A DNA stretch of 41,316 nt from a virus (taxonomy: Duplodnaviria > Caudoviricetes): the IMG/VR virus record IMGVR_UViG_3300024986_000171, positions 1 through 41,316 of that record. One strand, 5' to 3'. Each line of letters begins with the position of its first letter. Positions within the stretch are counted from its first letter, which is position 1. The position numbers and the translations under genes were made by a program. The notes beneath the pieces were generated by a model, which saw nothing but the letters and a program-made list of their open reading frames with translations, made no database searches and was not told the origin of the DNA. Below are positions 1 to 6,390 of the stretch, piece by piece.

Positions 1-1083
1 ATGGCATCCATCCAGCAAACCGGGCCGAACTCGTGGCGGGTGCTCGTCCGCCGCAAGGGGCACTCGGCATTATGCCGGACCTTCCGCACCGAGAAGGAAG
101 CGCGCGCGTTCGGCAAGCGCGCCGAGCGCGAGATCGCCGAGGGCAAGACGCCTGCGAAGGGTGGACTGACCGTTGCGCGCCTAGTCGAAGTGTTCCGCGA
201 GTTGCGCGACGCCGGCAAGCGTCCGATCAAGGCGGCCAGCACCGAGGAGTACATGCTTCGCCACTTGGCGGACCCGGATGGCATCGGGGGCGTCGAGATC
301 GAGCGCTTGACGCCGCAGCGGATCGCCGAGTGGTGTCGTACGCGCGCCGACGATGGCGCCGGCCCCTACACAATCGGGATGGAGATCTCCAAGCTCTCGA
401 CGGTGCTCAAGTACGCCGCGATCGCGCAGCATACCGCCCTGCCGGATGTGGTCGGGGCGGCGCGCCCGCTTCTCGAATACAACGGTCTGATCGGGCCTGG
501 CGTGTCGCGCGAGCGGCGGCCGACGCAAGAGGAGATCGACCGCGTGTTAGAGCATCTCAGTCCGCAGATGGCCGACATAGTGCGATTCGCGATCGCCTCG
601 GCGATGCGGCGAGGCGAGATCTGCCGAATTCTGTGGGCCGACGTTGATGCGGAGCGAAAGCTCGTGCTGATTCGGGACCGCAAGCACCCCAGGCGCACGA
701 AGGGCAATCACCAGCTCGTGCCGCTGGTCGATCGCACGGGAATCGATGCGTGGAAAGTCTTGGAGCGCCAGCCGAAGATCAATGCGCGCATCTTCCCGCT
801 GACGACTGAAGCGGTGTCAGACGCGTTCACGGCAGCGTGCCGGGCCGCCGGCATCGAGAATCTGCACTTCCACGACTTGCGCCACGAGGGCACGTCGCGC
901 CTTTTCGAATCCGGTATGACGATCGATCAGGCGGCGATCATCACCGGGCACCGCGATTGGCGCAATCTCAAGCGGTATGTGCAGCTTCAGCCCGAGCACG
1001 TTCACGGCACTCGTCCAGATACTCCGCTACGTCCCGATAGTCCGCGTACCGAGTCCCGCCGTCCAGATACGTCGGAAGCCTGA
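1..1083 (+). CDS. int: Tyrosine recombinase / phage integrase
   Basis: Catalytic motifs AMRRGEI, FHDLRHE, TGH...LKRY; N-terminal arm-binding-like WRVLVRRKG. Confidence 0.95.
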   Translation: MASIQQTGPNSWRVLVRRKGHSALCRTFRTEKEARAFGKRAEREIAEGKTPAKGGLTVARLVEVFRELRDAGKRPIKAASTEEYMLRHLADPDGIGGVEIERLTPQRIAEWCRTRADDGAGPYTIGMEISKLSTVLKYAAIAQHTALPDVVGAARPLLEYNGLIGPGVSRERRPTQEEIDRVLEHLSPQMADIVRFAIASAMRRGEICRILWADVDAERKLVLIRDRKHPRRTKGNHQLVPLVDRTGIDAWKVLERQPKINARIFPLTTEAVSDAFTAACRAAGIENLHFHDLRHEGTSRLFESGMTIDQAAIITGHRDWRNLKRYVQLQPEHVHGTRPDTPLRPDSPRTESRRPDTSEA

Positions 1084-1207
1084 GCGTGCCGGCAGAAATG
1101 CGGTTGCGAAGCGTCCCGTGCGCGACGCCGAGCACCTTCGCAAGATCCTGCATGCCGATCCGCGGGCCATACTTCTCGAGCAGGTAGGCCTGAGAAAAGA
1201 AACTCAT
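968..1207 (-). CDS. Excisionase-like small HTH DNA-binding protein (79 aa)
   Basis: MSFFSQAYLLEKYGPRIGMQDLAKVLGVAHGTLRNRIS (AlpA/PrtN/Xis-like HTH); adjacent to int; ATG at 1207 overlaps the upstream stop. Confidence 0.75.
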   Translation of the reverse strand: MSFFSQAYLLEKYGPRIGMQDLAKVLGVAHGTLRNRISAGTLRLPTYLDGGTRYADYRDVAEYLDECRERARAEAAHTA

Positions 1208-1668
1208 CAGCCCCGTACCTCCCGCAGCATCCGATGCAGTCGAGCCTCGCTGTAGGTCGTCTCGGTGCCGACGTAGAGCACCCGCAATGGCCGACCGTCG
1301 GGCCGATCGACCCGGACCACACACTCGGCATTGCGCCGGTTCCGGTGGCGCCGCCACACGACCCGGACGCCGGCCATGCCGGTACACTGCTGCTTGTCGC
1401 GATGCTCGCGAGGCAGCCGGCGCGGCCGCGGCTTGTAGATGCTCAGCAGATATTCGGTTGCTCGAGCGAGCGATGCCTTCGGGCTGCCGAGTCGCCGGCG
1501 GCCAGCGGCATCGACATACGAATCCGAGAAGAAGCGCGACGGCTTGCGAAACCGCACTTGCCATCCGTGCGTGCCGGCACCGCCGTCGTCGATGTCGATG
1601 CGCACGATGTGGCGAGGCACGCGCAGCGTGGCTGCATGGCCCGGGATCCTGCAGAGACGGGTGTGCAT
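1207..1668 (-). CDS. Putative AP2-like DNA-binding protein
   Basis: THGWQVRF...FSD...GSPKASLARA pattern resembles phage AP2-type domains; Arg-rich. Confidence 0.5.
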   Translation of the reverse strand: MHTRLCRIPGHAATLRVPRHIVRIDIDDGGAGTHGWQVRFRKPSRFFSDSYVDAAGRRRLGSPKASLARATEYLLSIYKPRPRRLPREHRDKQQCTGMAGVRVVWRRHRNRRNAECVVRVDRPDGRPLRVLYVGTETTYSEARLHRMLREVRG

Positions 1669-1674
1669 TACGGC

Positions 1675-2037
1675 TTACGGGGCGGCGCCGGCGGAATCGT
1701 TGGTCTCGGATGTGTCAGTGGCTGGCTGGAGCCAACGCGCTCCGTCCACGCGACCGCACAGCGCGGAATAGGAAAAGTACTGCGCGACCTGGAGTTTCTT
1801 TCGCTCGATGGCCGCGCGGACCTCCGGTTCGGACGGCAGGGTTAAATGCCCCTCATCGATCAACATCTCAATGGCCGCGATCGCGTGGTACCACTCGCCG
1901 AGGATGCGCTCCGCATTCGTAGTCAGCTGGCCTGGCTGCACTTCGCACATGCCGAAGCGAGCAGCTTTGCTGGCGCGGTGGGCGACTTCTCCACACTCTT
2001 CCGCCAAGATCCAGAGCAGATGATCCAAGCGGTTCAT
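1675..2037 (-). CDS. MazG-like nucleotide pyrophosphohydrolase
   Basis: LAEECGEV...ASKAARFG...ERILGEW pattern of the MazG-like all-alpha NTP-PPase fold; the second acidic motif looks degenerate (EWYH); ATG 2037 overlaps the upstream stop. Confidence 0.65.
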   Translation of the reverse strand: MNRLDHLLWILAEECGEVAHRASKAARFGMCEVQPGQLTTNAERILGEWYHAIAAIEMLIDEGHLTLPSEPEVRAAIERKKLQVAQYFSYSALCGRVDGARWLQPATDTSETNDSAGAAP

Positions 2038-2333
2038 GCGAATTCCTCGGCGAGCACCGCGATCGGCAGCTGCTGGTCGACCGCGCAACGCTCGCAGACC
2101 GTGAGCTTGGCCGGCTCCATCATCGGCATGGCCATGTCCTCATCCGGGCCCATGGCCTGCGCGAGCGCGGGGCTACCGAGTAGCGCTGCGAGACCGTCCT
2201 GGCGTTGGGCTGCGCGCAGGTCGATCCCGTAGCGCTCGATCGTCACGGCCCAGAAGAGCGGCAGACCAGCGCCCCCGATCCGCTTCGCGCACAGCGAGCA
2301 TGTGGCATGCTCGCGCAATTCGCACTCCTTCAC
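2034..2333 (-). CDS. Hypothetical zinc-finger protein
   Basis: CSLC...CERC pairs; coupled to neighbours by start/stop overlaps. Confidence 0.7.
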   Translation of the reverse strand: MKECELREHATCSLCAKRIGGAGLPLFWAVTIERYGIDLRAAQRQDGLAALLGSPALAQAMGPDEDMAMPMMEPAKLTVCERCAVDQQLPIAVLAEEFA

Positions 2334-2656
2334 GTGATCCTCCTGATGAGCTTGCCGCCGGCGAGACTCGGAATGTGGCTGTGATCGGAACCTGGCCGCC
2401 GCGGCGGGGCGACAGGCGGCACGTACGGTCGCACGGCGACCTGCAGCTCAGGCGCAGGGACAGCGCGCCGGCCAGCGCGGGTCAGCTGCCACCGCCCCCA
2501 CTTGAGCGCGATGAGGCCCTCATCGGCCAGGCGCTCGATCGCGCGCGCGACGTGCGGCCTGGCCGCACCCGAGATCGCCACGCACAACTTGTCCGTCGGC
2601 CGCGGAGCTTCAGAGAGCAGACGTAGTAGCTGCGACCCGAGGCGCGGGAGAGTCAT
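2330..2656 (-). CDS. Winged-helix hypothetical protein (108 aa)
   Basis: MTLPRLGSQLLRLL...VARAIERLADEGLI...WQLTRAG wHTH pattern; ATGA coupling. Confidence 0.6.
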   Translation of the reverse strand: MTLPRLGSQLLRLLSEAPRPTDKLCVAISGAARPHVARAIERLADEGLIALKWGRWQLTRAGRRAVPAPELQVAVRPYVPPVAPPRRPGSDHSHIPSLAGGKLIRRIT

Positions 2657-2931
2657 GGCAAGCCCCTCAGGTGATTGAATGCGCGGTCCGCCAACAGCTC
2701 GGCCAGCCGTATGCGATCCTCGCCCGAATGCACCGGCGAGTCGCCGATCGTCCATCCTTCTGCCGCCATCGCGACCGGCAGCACCGCGAGAAACACCCGG
2801 TCCCATGCTCTGTTGGCCGCAGCCAACCGCTGCTTGGCGTCCATCTCGACCCGGGCGCGCCTGCAGCCGGCGCTGTAGCCGCGGGCGTAGGCGCGCTTTT
2901 CTACATCCGCGATCTCGGGTGCGAGGGTCAT
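2653..2931 (-). CDS. Hypothetical phage protein (92 aa)
   Basis: MTLAPEIADVEKRAYARGYSAG; ATGA overlaps at both ends. Confidence 0.65.
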   Translation of the reverse strand: MTLAPEIADVEKRAYARGYSAGCRRARVEMDAKQRLAAANRAWDRVFLAVLPVAMAAEGWTIGDSPVHSGEDRIRLAELLADRAFNHLRGLP

Positions 2932-3167
2932 GCTTTGCCGTCCCGCAGGTCGCGCACGTACTGCTCGCTCTCGCGCACCAGCGCGCGGAGCTCGGCGGTG
3001 GCCACGGCCTGGTCGCCCGACGACGAAATCTGCACGATGTTGACGAAGGCCGCCATCGCGCCAGCGTAGAATGCGCGCCGCATTTCCTGGCGCTGGATCT
3101 GCCCGATGCCGGGCGACATCACGCAGCGCTCGAAGTCCTGCCACATTTCGAGGACGGTCGCGCTCAT
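2928..3167 (-). CDS. Hypothetical phage protein (79 aa)
   Basis: QRQEMRRAFYAGA motif typical of small phage proteins; coupled. Confidence 0.7.
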   Translation of the reverse strand: MSATVLEMWQDFERCVMSPGIGQIQRQEMRRAFYAGAMAAFVNIVQISSSGDQAVATAELRALVRESEQYVRDLRDGKA

Positions 3168-3313
3168 GACGGTGCGCCATCCTCGGCGTGGCGCCTCGCG
3201 CGATTCAGCCGGGGGCCATCATCCGGAGTGGGTGCGGTGGCGTGTTGGATGTGGCGCAAGGCGAGCAGCGGCATCGCCTCGGACGATCGGCTGTCGTCTA
3301 CTGGTCCCGGCAT
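3164..3313 (-). CDS. Small hypothetical protein (49 aa, MPGPVDDSRS...)
   Basis: GGAG before the ATG; stop overlaps the next ATG (ATGA); fills the gap after the RT. Confidence 0.4.
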   Translation of the reverse strand: MPGPVDDSRSSEAMPLLALRHIQHATAPTPDDGPRLNRARRHAEDGAPS

Positions 3314-4404
3314 GGGTAGCTCCGTGTCAAAGGATGATCGACGCTACGCCCGCGCTGGCGCAGCAGGTTGGCCAGGCGCGCGCGATCAGCATGGCTCGAG
3401 CTCGCCTGGCGCAGCAGACCGAAGTAGCTGTTGCCGACCGCTCGGAGATCAGCTTCAGGTATCGTGGCCACGCGTCGCAGCGCCTGTTCCACGGTGCGAC
3501 GCCGCGTGACGCGGCGCCATGGCAGGATGACCTGGCCAACGAAATCGATACCGCGCTCGATCGGCTGGCAGATCGTCTTGCGCGGATTGAGCTGCAGGTG
3601 CAAGCGCTCCTGCAGGAATGCATCGATTCGGCGCCTCGCCTCCTTGAGCCATTGCGGCGATTCATGCAGCAGCACGAAGTCGTCGACATACCGGATGTAG
3701 TGCCGCGCGCGCAGCTGGTGCTTGACGAACTGATCGAGTGCATCAAGATGCACGTTGGCGAAAAACTGCGAGGAGAGGTTGCCGATCGGCAGGCCGAGCT
3801 CGGGCACTTGATTGCTGAGTCTCTTGTGCTCAGGCACCCGCCGCATCATCGCCGCCGTACTCTGCATCACGGCGCTCGGACGCGGATCGTGCATGAGGAT
3901 CAGCTCGGCGAGCGCGAACCACCAGGGATCGGTGATGCGCTTGCGCAGCTGCTCGAGGAGAATCCGCTTGTCGATCGAGACGAAGAAATTCGCGAGGTCG
4001 CCCTTGAGATACCAGCCGGGACGCCGCCAGTTGTGTGTCTGGCTGCGTACCTTGGCCTCGAGCCGCTCGACAGCGTAGAGCGTGCCGCGGCCCGGAATGC
4101 ACGCGCAGGAATCCGCGATGAACGAGGCCTCGATCGACGGCGCGATACGGTGATAGAGCAGATGGTGAACGATGCGATCGCGAAACTGTGCGGCCCATAC
4201 CTCGCGCGGCTTGGGCCGGGTGACCACAAAGCAGATCGAGGGCCCCGGCTGATAGGTGCCGCTCACCAGCTCTTCATGGAGCTCGACCAGGTGGCGCTCG
4301 CGATGCTCCTCGAAGGCGAGCGCCGAGGCCGTGTTGCGCTTGCCGAGACGGCAGTTCATGTAGGCGCGCACCGCGTGCGCGAGCGTCGGCGCGCCGGCGC
4401 TCAC
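3298..4404 (-). CDS. DGR reverse transcriptase (about 368 aa; start GTG 4404 inferred)
   Basis: KPREVWAAQFRDRIVHH, LKGDLANFF, GLPIGNLSSQFFAN (DGR-type GxxxSQ), YIRYVDD, GIDFVG; adjacent TR and avd. Confidence 0.95.
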   Translation of the reverse strand: MSAGAPTLAHAVRAYMNCRLGKRNTASALAFEEHRERHLVELHEELVSGTYQPGPSICFVVTRPKPREVWAAQFRDRIVHHLLYHRIAPSIEASFIADSCACIPGRGTLYAVERLEAKVRSQTHNWRRPGWYLKGDLANFFVSIDKRILLEQLRKRITDPWWFALAELILMHDPRPSAVMQSTAAMMRRVPEHKRLSNQVPELGLPIGNLSSQFFANVHLDALDQFVKHQLRARHYIRYVDDFVLLHESPQWLKEARRRIDAFLQERLHLQLNPRKTICQPIERGIDFVGQVILPWRRVTRRRTVEQALRRVATIPEADLRAVGNSYFGLLRQASSSHADRARLANLLRQRGRSVDHPLTRSYPCRDQ

Positions 4405-4413
4405 ATCGAATCG

Positions 4414-4523
4414 ATCTGCGGACAGCCCGGGCAGGGAACTTGTTGTCCTTGTGGTAGTTGTTCTGGTTACCGTCGCCGAAGTTCTGCGCCCAGGCGTAGT
4501 CGGCGTTGCCCGCGTACTGCGTA
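4414..4523 (-). repeat. DGR template repeat (TR), 110 bp
   Basis: Minus strand TACGCAGTACGCGGGCAACGCCGACTAC...AACCAGAACAACTACCACAAGGACAACAAGTTCCCTGCCCGGGCTGTCCGCAGAT; 6 AAC triplets; differs from both VRs only at adenines. Confidence 0.96.
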
Positions 4524-4699
4524 GTGTCGCGCTATCCACGTCGCCCCGCCGAAGGCCTGCGCCGATCAGCGGGGAGACTGCGCCGGACCTGGCCAGGCCA
4601 TTGCCTGCGGTGTCCGTGCTGCGCCTGTCGGTGGCCTCGTGAGCCAGCGGCGCGACCAGATCAAAAGTCGCGCAGGCGTGATCGCCGTGACGATCACGC
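4524..4699 (-). ncRNA. Putative structured 5' portion of the DGR template RNA (avd-TR spacer)
   Basis: About 170 nt between avd and TR with hairpins GCGCGAC/GTCGCGC (4650-4673) and GCGTGATCG/CGATCACGC (4676-4699). Confidence 0.5.
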
Positions 4700-5053
4700 A
4701 GCGGGCGACGATGCGGCTGCATATTTGCGCCATCCGTTGGCCTGCTTGCCCACCGAGGTGGTGAGTGCGATCGCGCGAGCGTACTGCGGATCGCTGATCA
4801 GGTGCTTGTCGTGACAGAGTCGTATCAGGAGCTCGGCCACCTGCAGGCGCTCGAGCAGCTCGACCAGATGCACCGTTTTCTCGCGCGCGACATTCGCGCG
4901 CAGGATCAGCACGAGGATCTCGATGCACTCCTCGCGGATCTTCGCGCCGACACTCGCCTTGTAGTCGCGCCGCATGTTCGCGGTGAGGTCGGCGGCGAGC
5001 CCGAGCAGATCGTAAGCGATCTTGTAGATGGGCAGGGTGTTGTGCAGGGCCAC
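4694..5053 (-). CDS. avd: DGR accessory variability determinant (Avd, four-helix bundle)
   Basis: 119 aa basic helical protein LPIYKIAYDL...GAKIREEC...LLIRLCHDKHLIS...VGKQANGWRK, located between the targets and TR. Confidence 0.9.
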   Translation of the reverse strand: MALHNTLPIYKIAYDLLGLAADLTANMRRDYKASVGAKIREECIEILVLILRANVAREKTVHLVELLERLQVAELLIRLCHDKHLISDPQYARAIALTTSVGKQANGWRKYAAASSPAA

Positions 5054-5071
5054 GGCGAAATGACCAAAGGG

Positions 5072-5569
5072 TTAAATGATCAATCTGCGGACAGCCCGGG
5101 CAGGGAACTTGTTGGCCTTGCGGTAGTTGAGCTGGATACCGTCGCCGAAGTTCTGCGCCCAGGCGTAGTCGGCGTAGCCCGCGTACTGCGCGTTGGTCCA
5201 GTACCACTCTCCAGCGAACAGCTCGGACACGTTGACGACGAGGATGCGCGACTCGCGCCTGTCGGGGACCGAATACTGTTCGCCGAGGCTGGGTGCCCAA
5301 TCGACCGCCGCCTGCCAGGGGCCGGGCTTGAACACCTCCTCGTGCACGAGGAGGTGATAGTCGCGCTGGCCCTCGAGGCCGCGCACGAGGCCGGCGTAGA
5401 TGTCGGTCGTGCCCGGCCAGCACTGGCCGAGCGCGGGCGCAATGAGCGGCGCGGATGCCCTCTGCTGGATCTCCTGCTGGAGCCAAGCCTGCAGGAGGTC
5501 GCCGGCGGGCACGTTGAGCGTGCCCCTGCCGAGGCCGAAGACGATGGTGTCGCGGACGGTGGTTTGCAT
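5072..5569 (-). CDS. DGR target protein 1, DUF1566/CLec-like, C-terminal VR
   Basis: W..AVDW...VPDRRE...WYWT..QY...AW.Q.F.DG...ARAVRR; VR1 at the 3' end; no signal peptide. Confidence 0.9.
   Translation of the reverse strand: MQTTVRDTIVFGLGRGTLNVPAGDLLQAWLQQEIQQRASAPLIAPALGQCWPGTTDIYAGLVRGLEGQRDYHLLVHEEVFKPGPWQAAVDWAPSLGEQYSVPDRRESRILVVNVSELFAGEWYWTNAQYAGYADYAWAQNFGDGIQLNYRKANKFPARAVRRLII
5083..5191 (-). repeat. Variable repeat VR1
   Basis: Versus TR: ACG>GCG, AAC>TAC, AAC>ATC, AAC>CTC, CAC>CGC, GAC>GCC; 7 substitutions, all at TR adenines. Confidence 0.96.
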
Positions 5570-5590
5570 GGCGTGTAAATGATCGAATGG

Positions 5591-6193
5591 TCAAATGGCT
5601 GATCTGCGGACAGCCCGGGCAGGGAACTTGCTGCCCTTGTGGCAGTAGGTCTGGTTACCGTCGCCGAAGTACTGCGCCCAGGCGTAGGCGGCGTTGCCCG
5701 CGTACTGCGTACTGGACCAATGCAATTCCTCAGCGAAGGCCTCCGGACCGCCGGTGCGGAATTCCTCGAGCGCGGTCTGCGCCGGGTCCGTGGGCGTGTA
5801 GGCGTAGCCGACAGGGATGCTCGAGGGATTGTCGCCGCGCCAGCACCAGTTCTTCTGCGTGCTCGGCTTGAATGCGCGATAGAGCATCTCGAGCTCGTCG
5901 CGCGACGGCAGATACCAGTCGTCGCGTCCGTCGATGCGCAGCGAGCGGGCCCACTTCGCGATCGCGCTGCCGGCGGCGGCCATCGCCTCCGTGTTCGCGA
6001 AGCCGTCGCAGAAGCTGCGCGCACCCTCGACGGCGCGCAGGGACTTGTTCCACACCGCGGGGACGTGGAGGCCGACAGCGGCGGGTGCGCAGATCAGCGC
6101 GTAGGGGTTGCGGTCGACGAGAATGCGGCCGGTGTAGTGGCCGCCGTCGAACCTCTCGCCGAGCTTCGGCGCGTGGGCCTGGGGTGCGTTCAT
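5591..6193 (-). CDS. DGR target protein 2, DUF1566/CLec-like (200 aa), C-terminal VR
   Basis: AGGAG RBS before ATG 6193; GERFDGGHYTG...DGFANT...DDWYLPSRDEL...HWSSTQY...ARAVRR; no signal peptide. Confidence 0.9.
   Translation of the reverse strand: MNAPQAHAPKLGERFDGGHYTGRILVDRNPYALICAPAAVGLHVPAVWNKSLRAVEGARSFCDGFANTEAMAAAGSAIAKWARSLRIDGRDDWYLPSRDELEMLYRAFKPSTQKNWCWRGDNPSSIPVGYAYTPTDPAQTALEEFRTGGPEAFAEELHWSSTQYAGNAAYAWAQYFGDGNQTYCHKGSKFPARAVRRSAI
5601..5711 (-). repeat. Variable repeat VR2
   Basis: Versus TR: GAC>GCC, AAC>TAC, AAC>ACC, AAC>TAC, TAC>TGC, GAC>GGC, AAC>AGC; 7 substitutions, all at TR adenines. Confidence 0.96.
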
Positions 6194-6390
6194 GCGCTCT
6201 CCTGTGAGCTGGTGGTGGTGAGGTCGATTGCCGTCGAGCCTGCGCGGCGCAGCTCGTCGGCCAGGTCCTGGAATGCGGTGGCGAGATGCGGCTCCGGATA
6301 GAGCAGCTCGTCGGCGGCGTCTTGCGCCGCTTCCTCGAGCCAGTCGATGACGCGATCGCGCACGACCGCGGGGATGACGACGGGGCTCAT
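6190..6390 (-). CDS. Small acidic hypothetical protein (66 aa)
   Basis: MSPVVIPAVVRDRVIDWLEEAAQD; ATGA coupling to parB and to target 2. Confidence 0.6.
   Translation of the reverse strand: MSPVVIPAVVRDRVIDWLEEAAQDAADELLYPEPHLATAFQDLADELRRAGSTAIDLTTTSSQESA

Noticed and set aside
2329-2337. parS-like core TTCACGTGA
   Set aside because: Flanks do not match TGTTTCACGTGAAACA and it coincides with a GTGA start/stop overlap
3298-4404. RT as a group II intron, retron or Abi RT
   Set aside because: GNLSSQ motif, adjacent avd and TR/VR pairs; no maturase/endonuclease domain or retron VTG motif seen
3106-4524. Long antisense ORFs (also 19132-20976, 25779-27269, 29200-30438, 31415-32938)
   Set aside because: Shadow frames of real genes, expected at high GC; no motifs or RBS
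4405-4722. 106-aa N-terminal extension of the RT in the ORF track
   Set aside because: It is TR and spacer read out of frame (TRTTTTRTTSS); probably not translated, though not excluded
4414-5711. Three near-identical ~110-bp repeats as a CRISPR array or simple duplication
   Set aside because: Too long, separated by whole genes, no cas genes; mismatches confined to TR adenines identify them as DGR TR/VR
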